From the NCBI GenBank assembly GCA_001784475.1, contig MFRE01000009.1, forward strand, positions 36,585-89,377: a stretch of DNA of 52,793 nt, in the 5' to 3' direction. The position numbers were made by a program, and so were the translations under genes. Under the pieces are notes generated by a model, which searched no databases, had not been told where the DNA came from, and saw only the letters and a list, made by a program, of their open reading frames with translations. Each line of letters starts with the position of its first letter. The stretch's first letter is position 1. Below, piece by piece: positions 43,893-52,793 of this stretch. The stretch is from Candidatus Magasanikbacteria bacterium RIFOXYD2_FULL_41_14. GTDB lineage: Bacteria; Patescibacteriota; Patescibacteriia; Magasanikbacterales; GWA2-37-8.

Positions 43893-44972
43893 ATGAGGAG
43901 GACAATATATTTTTTAGTTTTTTCACTGGTTGCGCTGGTGCTTGTTGGTGCCGGCTGTATTAGTGGCACCGCGGCTGGACCAATGGGGGTATATGCGAGC
44001 TTAGATAAAGGCGACAGTTGGCAGCCGGCTTTTGCTTATCCCACTGCCAAAGGAGTGGAGAGTATCGCTGATTTAAAAGTGTATCGCATGCACATTGATC
44101 CGTCTGATCCCAACACCATTTATTTGGCGACGCGTGGTCAGGGTTTATTCTATACCTATAATAAAGGCGAGACCTGGCAATCTGTGCCAGAAATGGACAA
44201 GAAATTTATTTATGGTTTGGCGGTAAATCCAGTTGACAAGTGTGCTATTTATGTGAGCGATGGCCAGCATATTTATAAGACCGAAGATTGTTCACGCACT
44301 TGGAATATTGTTTTTACGGAAGAAATCCCAACCCAGCGTTTAGTGGCTTTGACCATTGATTACAGCAATGGCAATTTGGTTTATGGCGCACTTTTAGGCG
44401 GAGATGTTTTGGTAAGTAGGGACGCCGGTAAAAGTTGGCAGGTTACCAAACGGTTTAAGTTTGAATTGCAGTCTATCGAAGTGGATCCATTTGTCTCTGG
44501 TCGGGTTTATCTGGCTTCTCAAAAAAATGGTTTATACCGCTCGGACGATGCTGGTGTCACTTGGACCGACCTAAGTGTTGGTTTAAATAATTATACTGAT
44601 AGTTTGTCTTTTTATCGCCTTACTTTAAATCCGGGCCAACGTGATAGTTTGTTCTGGATTTCTAAATATGGTATTTTGCGATCTAACGACGCTGGGGAAA
44701 CATGGTCGGATATGAAATTATTAACGCCACCGGGCAGTGTTAATATTTACGCTTTTGCCATTAATCCTAAAAATCAAAAAGAGATTTATTACACGGGTAC
44801 AATTTTGGGTCCGAAGAATGAGCATTTGCGCTCTACCTTCTACCGCACTGTTGATGGTGGTGAAAACTGGGTTACAAAAAAATTGCCCACGAATTCTATT
44901 CCAATTCAATTTGTTATGAACACGGAAAATTCTAGCCAGCTGTTTTTAGGTTTTACATCGCTAAGTAAATAA
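43893..44972 (+). CDS. BNR/Asp-box repeat beta-propeller lipoprotein (Ycf48/sialidase-like fold)
   Basis: A lipobox (LVGAGC) is followed by seven Asp-box-like repeats: DKGDSWQ, NKGETWQ, EDCSRTWN, RDAGKSWQ, DDAGVTWT, NDAGETWS and VDGGENWV. Confidence 0.8.
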   Translation: MRRTIYFLVFSLVALVLVGAGCISGTAAGPMGVYASLDKGDSWQPAFAYPTAKGVESIADLKVYRMHIDPSDPNTIYLATRGQGLFYTYNKGETWQSVPEMDKKFIYGLAVNPVDKCAIYVSDGQHIYKTEDCSRTWNIVFTEEIPTQRLVALTIDYSNGNLVYGALLGGDVLVSRDAGKSWQVTKRFKFELQSIEVDPFVSGRVYLASQKNGLYRSDDAGVTWTDLSVGLNNYTDSLSFYRLTLNPGQRDSLFWISKYGILRSNDAGETWSDMKLLTPPGSVNIYAFAINPKNQKEIYYTGTILGPKNEHLRSTFYRTVDGGENWVTKKLPTNSIPIQFVMNTENSSQLFLGFTSLSK

Positions 44973-44975
44973 AAT

Positions 44976-45524
44976 ATGAATATTAATGATTTTAAAGAAG
45001 ATTTTGGCAAGGCGATTGAGTTTTACAAAACTGATATTTCCGGTTTGCGCACTGGCCGGGCTACCTCGGCGATGGTGGAAAATGTAGTGGTGGAGGCCTA
45101 TGGTGTAAAACAACCGCTCAAAGCAGTAGCATCAATTAATATTTTGGATCCAAAAACTTTGATGCTTGATCCGTGGGACAAGAGCGTGCTTACCAATTTA
45201 GAAAAAGCGATTCGTGAAGCTAATTTGGGGATGAATCCGGTTAACGACGGCCGAGGAATTCGTTTGTCTTTGCCAGAGTTAACAGTGGAACGTCGCCAAG
45301 AATTAATTAAAATTTTGCGTGAACGTACCGAACAAGCGCGTATTTCTATCCGCAAAATTCGCGAAGATATTAAGAATATGATTTTAGTGGAAGAAGAAGA
45401 TAAAAATATTGCGGAAGATGAAAAATTTCGATTGATGGAGGAATTGGATAAAGCGGTGAAGGATTATAATGAAGATATTAAGGAGATTGCAAATAAAAAG
45501 GAGGAGGAAATTAGTACGGTTTAA
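44976..45524 (+). CDS. frr: Ribosome recycling factor
   Basis: LRTGRATSAMVENVVVEAYG, IRLSLPELTVERRQEL and an RRD-like IRKIRED. Confidence 0.95.
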   Translation: MNINDFKEDFGKAIEFYKTDISGLRTGRATSAMVENVVVEAYGVKQPLKAVASINILDPKTLMLDPWDKSVLTNLEKAIREANLGMNPVNDGRGIRLSLPELTVERRQELIKILRERTEQARISIRKIREDIKNMILVEEEDKNIAEDEKFRLMEELDKAVKDYNEDIKEIANKKEEEISTV

Positions 45525-45529
45525 ATTCT

Positions 45530-46351
45530 ATGCGTAGTCCAAATAAAAATGAAGTAAAGACATTGATTTTTGGTGTGGCCGCGGGTCTCGCTGGCGGAGT
45601 GGCCGTTGAAGGTCTTCCGCCGGATGTGGTTCGAGCCAATGATTCGGCCAATTCCACTCATTCGGATAAATCCACAGGTGTTGCTGAAAGTCGCCAAGAG
45701 GCAGGCGCAATATTTAGACACGAACCGGCGGCAGTGGTGGTGCATAACCTTCGAGATAATGGTGGGGTGGGGCCAAAGCCACCGGCAGATAATACAAAAA
45801 ATTCTGATAACTTAGATGATAAATTTAATCAACTTAATAATGATTCCCAAACAAATGATACAGAAAGTGTGCCCAAATGGAAAGTCGAAGAAAAGGCGTT
45901 GGTTGATTATATGGATCTTCTTCAAAAAGATAAATCTTTGTTGGTCGAACCGATAGAGAAACAAAATTTTGTTGATTCTGCAAGTGACAAAGGAAAGCAT
46001 GAAAAGATGGCTAGTTTTAAAGCGTTCAAAGCACCAGATGAAGATGACAAATTGGATAGTGATAGTGGCAAATACTGTTTTTTATTTTTTGATCCCGAAA
46101 GTTCGACTTTTGAATTAAATATTAGTAGCGATGCTGGTCCTACGGTTAACGCAATTTCTGGCTTATCTGGGGATCAATTAGCACCTGTAATAAAAGGCGT
46201 TTTGTCTTTAAGCGAAAGACAAAAAAGTGAGATGTTGAAAGATAAATACACTGCTGAGGCAATACACAATCGATATATGCAAGAATTGTTTAATTTATTG
46301 CAAGCGACTAGTCCAAATGCACAAGTGGAGATTAGTGGTTATGGTCTTTAA
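45530..46351 (+). CDS. Hypothetical signal-anchored protein
   Basis: An N-terminal hydrophobic segment (LIFGVAAGLAGGVAV) with no motif I recognise. The first ~270 nt are unusually GC-rich. Confidence 0.5.
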   Translation: MRSPNKNEVKTLIFGVAAGLAGGVAVEGLPPDVVRANDSANSTHSDKSTGVAESRQEAGAIFRHEPAAVVVHNLRDNGGVGPKPPADNTKNSDNLDDKFNQLNNDSQTNDTESVPKWKVEEKALVDYMDLLQKDKSLLVEPIEKQNFVDSASDKGKHEKMASFKAFKAPDEDDKLDSDSGKYCFLFFDPESSTFELNISSDAGPTVNAISGLSGDQLAPVIKGVLSLSERQKSEMLKDKYTAEAIHNRYMQELFNLLQATSPNAQVEISGYGL

Positions 46352-46381
46352 GTAAAATTTTTATAAATAGATATAAAAAAT

Positions 46382-47764
46382 ATGAATGAAAACGAAAATT
46401 TAATGGACAAAGTAATTTCATTATGTAAACGCCGCGGTTTTATTTTTCCGGGTTCGGAAATTTATGGTGGGTTGGCCAATAGTTGGGATTATGGTCCGCT
46501 TGGTCATCAACTAAAACAGAACATCAAAACTTTGTGGTGGAAATTTTTCGTTACCGGTCGTGAAGATATGGTGCCGATGGATACCGCTATTATTATGAAT
46601 CCGCGCGTTTGGGAGGCGTCAGGCCACTTACAAAATTTTTCGGATGCTTTGGTGGAATGCAAAGTTTGCCATAAGCGTTTTCGCGCTGATCATTTACTAG
46701 AAGCCAAAGGCATTACCCCACGCTATGCCAAAGAAGAATTGCAGGATTTGGATCAAATTAATTGTCCGGAATGTGCTGGGGATTTAACCGCGCCGAAGAA
46801 TTTTAATTTGATGTTTAAGACCGCGTTTGGCATAAATGACGCAACCGCCTTGGATGTTTATTTGCGCCCGGAAACTGCTGGCGGCATGTTTGTAAATTTT
46901 AAAAATATCTTAAATGTAACGCGCAAGCGTTTGCCGTTTGGAATCGCCCAAGTTGGTAAATGTTTTAGGAACGAAATCACGCCCGGTAATTTTATTTTTC
47001 GCACGCGTGAATTTGAAATTGGTGAATTTGAATATTTTATTCGTCCCGATGATTGGGAGAAAATTTTTGAAATGTGGTTAGGCGAAATTCGTCGCTTTTG
47101 GCAAGACGCGATGCAAATTAATATGGATAATTTGGTGTGGTATGAAATTCCCGACGGTGAGCGCGCGTTTTACAGCAAACGGACCGTTGATATTAAATAT
47201 AAATTTCCTTTTGGCACGGAAGAATTGCACGGCATCGCGTATCGCACCGACCACGATTTGAGTCGTCATGAAAAAGTGAGTGGTCAAGATTTGCATTATA
47301 CGGATCCGGAAACAAATGAGAAATATTTGCCACACGTGGTGGAGCCGACATTTGGTATTGATCGGATGTTACTGGTGGCGCTTTTGGAAGCATATCATGA
47401 AGAAGAGGCGCCGACATCAGACAAAGGCGAGACAGAAACTCGCATTGTCATGAAATTTCCGAAATATTTGGCACCGATTCAAGTTGCGGTTTTGCCCTTG
47501 TCTAAAAAAGACGAATTATCCGGTCCAGCCAAAGAGTTGGCCGCCGATTTGCGTAAGAATTTTGTCGTGGATTATGATGAAACCCAATCAATCGGCAAAC
47601 GCTATCGCCGTCAAGACGAAGTGGGAACGCCGTATTGCGTTACGATGGATTTTGATTCTTTGGAAGATAAAAAAGTGACAGTGCGCGATCGCGACACGAT
47701 GGTGCAAGAGAGAGTTGAAATTGTAGAATTAACAAATTATTTAAAAGAAAAATTTAATTTTTAA
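46382..47764 (+). CDS. glyQS: Glycyl-tRNA synthetase (alpha2 type)
   Basis: RRGFIFPGSEIYGGLANSWDYGPLG, FRNEITPGNFIFRTREF and the C-terminal anticodon-binding domain. Confidence 0.96.
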   Translation: MNENENLMDKVISLCKRRGFIFPGSEIYGGLANSWDYGPLGHQLKQNIKTLWWKFFVTGREDMVPMDTAIIMNPRVWEASGHLQNFSDALVECKVCHKRFRADHLLEAKGITPRYAKEELQDLDQINCPECAGDLTAPKNFNLMFKTAFGINDATALDVYLRPETAGGMFVNFKNILNVTRKRLPFGIAQVGKCFRNEITPGNFIFRTREFEIGEFEYFIRPDDWEKIFEMWLGEIRRFWQDAMQINMDNLVWYEIPDGERAFYSKRTVDIKYKFPFGTEELHGIAYRTDHDLSRHEKVSGQDLHYTDPETNEKYLPHVVEPTFGIDRMLLVALLEAYHEEEAPTSDKGETETRIVMKFPKYLAPIQVAVLPLSKKDELSGPAKELAADLRKNFVVDYDETQSIGKRYRRQDEVGTPYCVTMDFDSLEDKKVTVRDRDTMVQERVEIVELTNYLKEKFNF

Positions 47765-47775
47765 TATTTATAAAT

Positions 47776-48081
47776 ATGCCAGAAGATTTTGTCGCGGAGA
47801 TGGAAAAAGCGCGTCACGCTGAAGCGCTTAGTGAATATCAGCAGGTAGTTGCTAGAATAGAATCGGTTTATAAGCGTCCAGTATTACACATTGGTTTGAA
47901 TGGTGATTTTACGTTTGCTCCGACTGAAATCGTGGCAGAGATGGACGAGGATGCTGAACTAGTTGAAGCGGATAGGGCACCTTTTGTAGCGGATTTGGCA
48001 GCGTTAGTCGCCAAGCATCAATGGATTCCACCAGAATATGAACATGCGTCAGTATCTGGTACGTTGTCTGATAAAATTTAA
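47776..48081 (+). CDS. Hypothetical acidic protein
   Basis: A 101-aa ORF in the operon orientation. Confidence 0.4.
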   Translation: MPEDFVAEMEKARHAEALSEYQQVVARIESVYKRPVLHIGLNGDFTFAPTEIVAEMDEDAELVEADRAPFVADLAALVAKHQWIPPEYEHASVSGTLSDKI

Positions 48082-48087
48082 TTTATT

Positions 48088-49365
48088 ATGCACGAAATAA
48101 AAAAACTAAAAAACGGTTTACAATACATTTACATTCCAAACTCCGGTACGAGCGCCGTGACGGTTTTGCTTTTGTTTCCAATTGGTTCGCGCTATGAAAC
48201 GCGACCAATTTCCGGCATCTCGCATTTTTTAGAACACATGTTGTTTAAGGGCACAAAAAAACGTCCGGACTACCTGGCCATATCGCGCGAGTTAGACGCG
48301 GCCGGAGCGGATTATAACGCTTTTACTTATAAGGATTATACAGGTTATTATGTTAAAATCGGGGCATCAATGGTAGGCAAGGCGTTTGATATAATTTCGG
48401 ATATTTCATTTAATTCCACGATGCCGGCTAAAGAAGTGGAGAAAGAAAAGGGTGTGATAGTGGAAGAGCTGCGAATGTATGAAGATAGCCCGATGCACGC
48501 CATTGAACTCGTATTTGACCGTTTAATGTTTCCTAACCACCCGCTGGGATGGGATGTTGGTGGTAATGAAAAGACAGTGCGGGCGATTACTCGCGCACAA
48601 CTTTTAAATTATTATCACGATCACTATAGTCCGCAAAAGGCGGTTTTAGTGGTCGCCGGAAATTTAAGCAAAGAAGATTTGGAAAAAAATCTGGAAAAAT
48701 TTGCCTTGGCTACTTCCAAAAATCCGGCCGAACCGAAATATTTACCGTTTAAATTTAAAGATAATTTGTCGCTGTCTGAGCGGGTGGCCGTCCAGCCCAG
48801 AAAAATTGATCAAGTGCAAATGATAATGGGTTTCCACGGGGTAGCTCATAGTGATAAACGGAGCTATGCGGCCGCGGTATTATTAACAATTTTGGGCGGA
48901 GGGATGAGCTCGCGTTTATTTGTGGAAGTGCGCGAAAAGCGTGGTTTGGCCTATATGGTGCGTGCTGGCTCTTGGCCTTATCGCGATGTTGGGTCGGTTT
49001 ATGTGCAGGCCGGTTTGGACCCGAAACGTTTACCAGCGGCTTTGAGAACCATTAAAGTGGAACTTAAAAAAATTGCCACGAAAGCTGTAAGCAAAAAAGA
49101 ACTGGCTGATGCCAAAACCAGTTTAGTGGGCAGAATGGATTTGGCATTGGAGGATTCCTCGGTGATGGCTGAACGCGCGGCCAAGCAATTTATTTTCTTG
49201 GGTGACGCTCTCACTGCCGCCGAAGTCGCACGGCGTGTGAATGAAGTGACGGCCAAAGATGTGCTCGCTTTAGCTAAAGAGTTGTTTAAGGTAAAAGAAA
49301 TGCACTTGGCAGTAATTGGGCCAGTTAAAAAAGAAGATGTTTTGAAAATGTTAAAAAATAAGTAA
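48088..49365 (+). CDS. M16 family (pitrilysin-like) zinc peptidase
   Basis: GISHFLEHMLFKGT (HxxEH) and the downstream EE..R pattern. Confidence 0.88.
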   Translation: MHEIKKLKNGLQYIYIPNSGTSAVTVLLLFPIGSRYETRPISGISHFLEHMLFKGTKKRPDYLAISRELDAAGADYNAFTYKDYTGYYVKIGASMVGKAFDIISDISFNSTMPAKEVEKEKGVIVEELRMYEDSPMHAIELVFDRLMFPNHPLGWDVGGNEKTVRAITRAQLLNYYHDHYSPQKAVLVVAGNLSKEDLEKNLEKFALATSKNPAEPKYLPFKFKDNLSLSERVAVQPRKIDQVQMIMGFHGVAHSDKRSYAAAVLLTILGGGMSSRLFVEVREKRGLAYMVRAGSWPYRDVGSVYVQAGLDPKRLPAALRTIKVELKKIATKAVSKKELADAKTSLVGRMDLALEDSSVMAERAAKQFIFLGDALTAAEVARRVNEVTAKDVLALAKELFKVKEMHLAVIGPVKKEDVLKMLKNK

Positions 49366-49367
49366 AT

Positions 49368-49397
49368 TTTATGTCCGTACATGTGTACGGACATAAA
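49368..49397. repeat. 30-nt palindrome, copy 3 of 3 (one central C-to-T difference)
   Basis: tttatgtccgtacaTgtgtacggacataaa, 3 nt after the M16 peptidase stop. Confidence 0.95.
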
Positions 49398-49455
49398 GTT
49401 AAGCGACAAAATTATATTGGTTTTGACCATTGGGAAGCGATTAAATTATTAAAAA

Positions 49456-50217
49456 ATGAATAATATGTCCAAGCAATCCTATTTTTTCGCCAATTGGAAA
49501 ATGTATTTGGATTTTGACGAAGCCAATATTTTAGCGAACGCGATTGCGGCCGAACACAAAAAATTTCCCGACCATGTTAAAATGGCAATTTTTCCCAATG
49601 CCTTATCGCTTTATTCCGCTGGGCAAGTTCTTAATGACGTTGGAATTGCTGTGGGCGGACAAAATGTGTTTTGGGAAGACAAAGGGGGATATACGGGCGA
49701 GATTTCCGCCACGATGTATAAAGCGGCCGGGTGTGAATATGCTTTAGTGGGTCACTCTGAGCGTCGGCATCAATTTCACGAAACTAATCACGAAGTTCGT
49801 CAAAAAATGCAAGCGATTTTGGAAGCAGGTTTGACACCAGTGTTGTGTGTGGGGGAAACCAAAGAAGAACGAGTTGCCGGTAAAACCGATGAGGTGATAG
49901 AAACCCAACTGCGTAGCGCTTTTCATGAATTATCTTGGCCAGCGGAGAAAGGATTGATAGTTGCTTACGAACCAGTGTGGGCGATTGGTACAGGAGAGGC
50001 CTGTGATCCGAATGAAGCTGAACGTTTACACGCGCTTATGAAAAAAATGTTGAACGAACTAGCCCCAGGCACGTTGCCTATATTATTGTATGGTGGTAGT
50101 GTGCGACCGGAAAATGTGTTCGACTATTTGAAACAGCCAGATATAAATGGCGTATTGGTTGGTGGCGCCGCCACGAAGTTAGAAAGTTTTATGAGCATTT
50201 TATCAAATATCAAATAA
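49456..50217 (+). CDS. tpiA: Triosephosphate isomerase
   Basis: ANWKM, VGHSERR, AYEPVWAIGTG and GGSV. Confidence 0.95.
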   Translation: MNNMSKQSYFFANWKMYLDFDEANILANAIAAEHKKFPDHVKMAIFPNALSLYSAGQVLNDVGIAVGGQNVFWEDKGGYTGEISATMYKAAGCEYALVGHSERRHQFHETNHEVRQKMQAILEAGLTPVLCVGETKEERVAGKTDEVIETQLRSAFHELSWPAEKGLIVAYEPVWAIGTGEACDPNEAERLHALMKKMLNELAPGTLPILLYGGSVRPENVFDYLKQPDINGVLVGGAATKLESFMSILSNIK

Positions 50218-50218
50218 T

Positions 50219-51112
50219 ATGTTAGATTGGATTTTTGGGATTATTATTATTTTGTGTCTGGTCGGGATTGGCTATATTGTGGTTGGAAAATTTGCGCAGT
50301 TATCAAATTTGGATTTAGAAAATTTACCGGCGGAAAAAATTAATCGCAAAAAGAAAGAGATTATCTCTAAACGCATTGATGAAAAAAGAAAAAAATTAAG
50401 TGCTTTTTCCGCGCGTTGGTTGACCCCGCTTGTCAAGTTATGGGGGAAGTTGCAATTGCGTTTTCGGATTTATGTCGGTCAGGTGGGGCGCCTGCTTTGG
50501 CACGAACAATCAGGGCAGAAAGTTGTGAAAGTTAGTAAAACACCGGAGAATGATGGGCATGTAAAACAATTAATCGGGGAAGGTGAGCGTTATTTGTCGG
50601 AAAAAAATTATGATTTAGCCGAAGAAAAATTTATCGCCGCTATTAAAGCTGATAATCGCGCGGCCGACGCTTATCGTGGATTGGGGGATACCTATTTTGC
50701 CAAAAAATCAATAGAAGAAGCGCGGGAAACTTATCGGTTTGTTTTGCAAATTGAACCGGACGATGACAGCGTGCTTGTTAAGCTCGCCGATATTGCCGAA
50801 AGTCAAGGTGACGTGGAAGAGGCAATCCAATATTATCAACAGGCAATTACAATTAATGATAATTTATCACCCCGTTTTGCCCGTTTGGCCGAGTTGCTTT
50901 TAAAGGTGGAAGAGCCCAATGTTGCCAGAGAATCAGTGATGTCGGCCTTGGAATTGGAACCGGAAAATCCCAAGTATCTTGACTTATCCACAGAAATTGC
51001 TATACTATGTCGAGACAAAGCTTGGGCAATGGATGTTTTGCGTAGGTTGACCTTGGTTAACCCAGCAAATCATAAATTAGCTGATTTAAAACAGCGAATA
51101 GAGACAATGTAA
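50219..51112 (+). CDS. TPR-repeat protein with N-terminal TM anchor
   Basis: TPR-like units include YDLAEEKFIAAIKADNRAADAYRGLGDTYF and EEAIQYYQQAITIN. Confidence 0.7.
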   Translation: MLDWIFGIIIILCLVGIGYIVVGKFAQLSNLDLENLPAEKINRKKKEIISKRIDEKRKKLSAFSARWLTPLVKLWGKLQLRFRIYVGQVGRLLWHEQSGQKVVKVSKTPENDGHVKQLIGEGERYLSEKNYDLAEEKFIAAIKADNRAADAYRGLGDTYFAKKSIEEARETYRFVLQIEPDDDSVLVKLADIAESQGDVEEAIQYYQQAITINDNLSPRFARLAELLLKVEEPNVARESVMSALELEPENPKYLDLSTEIAILCRDKAWAMDVLRRLTLVNPANHKLADLKQRIETM

Positions 51113-51130
51113 AACATAGAAAATTATAGT

Positions 51131-51203
51131 GCCGTTGTAGCTCAGTTGGTAGAGCATCTCCATGGTAAGGAGAAGGTCTCGGGTTCGAATCCCGACAACG
51201 GCT
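51131..51203 (+). tRNA. tRNA-Thr (GGT)
   Basis: A cloverleaf parsed by hand: acceptor gccgttg/caacggc, anticodon loop atGGTaa, and T-arm tcggg-ttcgaat-cccga. Confidence 0.9.
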
Positions 51204-51303
51204 CGAGCGACCAAACAGTTTGGGTCGTGCTCAGATTTTATGTATTAGCCCCAACCAATCGGGGCAAAGATGAATCTTGCGCGGCGTAGCGCAGCGAAGC
51301 CGT

Positions 51304-51376
51304 GCCGTCTTAGCTCAGTTGGTAGAGCAACGGTTTTGTAAACCGTAGGTCTAGGGTTCGAATCCCTAAGACGGCT
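51304..51376 (+). tRNA. tRNA-Thr (TGT)
   Basis: Acceptor gccgtct/agacggc, anticodon stem acggt/accgt with loop ttTGTaa, and T-arm taggg-ttcgaat-cccta. CCA follows at 51377-51379. Confidence 0.9.
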
Positions 51377-51405
51377 CCAATCGACAGACATAGTCGATAA
51401 CACAT

Positions 51406-51487
51406 GGGTCGGTACCGAAGCGGTCAACCGGGGCAGACTGTAAATCTGCTGGCTCAGCCTTCGTAGGTTCGAATCCTACCCGGCCCA
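51406..51487 (+). tRNA. tRNA-Tyr (GTA)
   Basis: Acceptor gggtcgg/ccggccc (one G-U pair), anticodon loop ctGTAaa, a long variable arm, and T-arm gtagg-ttcgaat-cctac. Confidence 0.88.
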
Positions 51488-51518
51488 CATGTATTTTTGA
51501 ATATTAAATTATATCTAT

Positions 51519-51671
51519 ATGTCCCAAGATAATTTGGCGAAAATGGAATGCACGGAATGCAAAACCGTCACCCATTACACCACTCGCAACCGTGTCATCA
51601 AGACCCGCTTGGCCTTGAAGAAACATTGCAAAAATTGCAAAAAACACACCGACCACAAGGAAACTAAATAA
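51519..51671 (+). CDS. rpmG: 50S ribosomal protein L33
   Basis: A 50-aa ORF not in the track: MSQDNLAKMECTECKTVTHYTTRNRVIKTRLALKKHCKNCKKHTDHKETK. It has the two CxxC pairs and the HKETK tail typical of L33. Confidence 0.9.
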   Translation: MSQDNLAKMECTECKTVTHYTTRNRVIKTRLALKKHCKNCKKHTDHKETK

Positions 51672-51676
51672 ACATT

Positions 51677-52489
51677 ATGTGGTTTTTCAATTCATTCGTA
51701 AAAAGCTTGTACGATTTGAATTGGTTGCGAGCGAGGCGTACTGAGACCGGCCGGGCTTTTAGTTATTTTTTTTTATTGGTATTTTTTGTTTCAGGTTTGA
51801 GTTTGGCGCCGATGATTGTGAATGTGGCGCGGGGTGATACTGTTCGGGAAGTTATGACCGTAATGAACGAAAAGGTGCCGGAGTTTACTGCTACGGTTAA
51901 AGATGGAAAATTATTAATAACCGACTTAGTCCAGCCGTATATTGTGCGTGATAAGGATTTTGTGATAGTGGTAGATACAGTGACGAGCGACACCTTGCAT
52001 TTGGAGAATTTTTTGGTAGATGGGGCTAAATCTGGTGTTTTGATCAGCAAAGAAAAAGTAGAAATGTTGGATGCGCGTAATGGGCAAGCGCGTTCGCAGT
52101 CATTTTCTGAAATGGGTAATTGGAGCATCAACCGCACGCAAGTATCACAAAAATTAGATAAATTTTTGTCCAAACCGATGCTCGCGCTTTATGTTTTGGT
52201 GATTTTTATTTTGGCGTATATCGTGCGCACTGTAGCCACCTTGGTGCTGGTGCTCATTGTGTCGGCTTTAGTTTTAATGGCAGTAAAAACTGCCAAGCGT
52301 TCGTGGCGATTTAAAGAAATCTTTAGTGTGGGATTGTTTGCTGTTACTTTGGCTGTGTTTATCAGTACCGCTTTAACCGGAATGCAAGTGGGCTTGCCGT
52401 TTGTATCATTTATTGTGTTTTTCACTTGGCTTTCCGCGACGGTATTTATGGAGAAGCCGATAACTAAAGAAGAGATTAAGTTACAATAA
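51677..52489 (+). CDS. DUF1189 (YvdJ-like) membrane protein
   Basis: The N-terminus FVKSLYDLNWLRARRTETGRAFSYFFLLVFF resembles the DUF1189 start, and there are C-terminal TM helices. Confidence 0.55.
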   Translation: MWFFNSFVKSLYDLNWLRARRTETGRAFSYFFLLVFFVSGLSLAPMIVNVARGDTVREVMTVMNEKVPEFTATVKDGKLLITDLVQPYIVRDKDFVIVVDTVTSDTLHLENFLVDGAKSGVLISKEKVEMLDARNGQARSQSFSEMGNWSINRTQVSQKLDKFLSKPMLALYVLVIFILAYIVRTVATLVLVLIVSALVLMAVKTAKRSWRFKEIFSVGLFAVTLAVFISTALTGMQVGLPFVSFIVFFTWLSATVFMEKPITKEEIKLQ

Positions 52490-52499
52490 TAGAAATTTT

Positions 52500-52530
52500 A
52501 ATCCCGTCCGCCAGCTGGCAGATGGGATTT
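52500..52530 (+). terminator. Hairpin after the DUF1189 gene
   Basis: aatcccgtccgcca-gc-tggcagatgggatt is imperfect and followed only by a short T stretch. Confidence 0.4.
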
Positions 52531-52534
52531 GAAT

Positions 52535-52605
52535 AGGGGGTTCGTATAATGGTAGTACGTTGGTCTCCAAAACCAACTGCGCGGGTTCGATTCCTGCACC
52601 CCCTG
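52535..52605 (+). tRNA. tRNA-Trp (CCA)
   Basis: Acceptor agggggt/accccct, anticodon loop ctCCAaa, and T-arm gcggg-ttcgatt-cctgc. The 3' CCA is encoded at 52606-52608. Confidence 0.88.
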
Positions 52606-52620
52606 CCAATTCTAAATCAT

Positions 52621-52651
52621 AAAAACACCTTGTTTTTTAGGTGTTTTTTTG
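52621..52651 (+). terminator. Intrinsic terminator after tRNA-Trp
   Basis: acacct-tgtttttt-aggtgt is followed by a T-run. Confidence 0.7.
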
Positions 52652-52793
52652 TTATCATAAAGCAGATGACTTGTTAGTGGCTGTTAGCAAAATATTTAAC
52701 TGTAAGAATCACCAGCGTTGTTTATATTCCGCTTGGACGTTATATGTTAATTTTGGCAGTGAGGACGCTTGCGTAGACGCACTGCCGAGCCGC

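Noticed and set aside
51245-51427. 60-aa minus-strand ORF across the tRNA-Thr/tRNA-Tyr region
   Set aside because: It overlaps two hand-validated tRNA genes, and its translation (…GSNPRPTVYKTVALPTELRRH…) is the classic antisense-tRNA artefact.
1-52793. Search for transposases, integrases, phage structural genes, CRISPR-Cas, restriction-modification or known defence systems
   Set aside because: None was recognised in any ORF. The holin-family (DUF360) and YraN proteins are common chromosomal genes and are not flanked by phage or defence genes.

Overview
A 52.8 kb, AT-rich and densely packed window, mostly coded on the + strand. It is largely a housekeeping region of a small-genome bacterium. 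The gene content suggests a Candidate Phyla Radiation/Patescibacteria-like organism: archaeal-type UMP kinase, DUF4012, a truncated TsaB, a DGR, and many short GC-rich palindromic repeats. That placement is inference, not proof.

Main content:
1. A partial diversity-generating retroelement sits at the left edge: a template-repeat-like segment, an antisense Avd, and a DGR-type reverse transcriptase. No variable repeat or target gene is visible in the window.
2. Lower-glycolysis genes are present: pgk, eno, two tandem diverged gpmI paralogues, and tpiA.
3. Translation genes: valS, tyrS, argS, glyQS, frr, rpmB, rpmG and rplJ-rplL with an L10-leader-like attenuator. There are five tRNAs: Leu-GAG, Thr-GGT, Thr-TGT, Tyr-GTA and Trp-CCA.
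4. Envelope and shape genes: DD-carboxypeptidase, GT2 synthase, DUF4012, mreB, GT4 and bactofilin.
5. An unassigned four-gene enzyme module lies next to an orphan histidine kinase: a Leu-dehydrogenase-like protein, a ThiF/E1-like protein, a tandem nitroreductase and a PaaK-like ligase.
6. A roughly 550 nt non-coding locus lies between the SIMPL gene and eno. It has a consensus promoter, two identical 61-nt tandem units, a GC-rich multi-hairpin block and an intrinsic terminator. I could not assign it to a known RNA family.
7. Several short palindromic/MITE-like repeat families occur, and some copies are embedded in-frame in a glycosyltransferase gene.

I saw no rRNA, CRISPR array, transposase, integrase or recognisable defence genes. 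All homology calls come from motif recognition by eye, not from searches.
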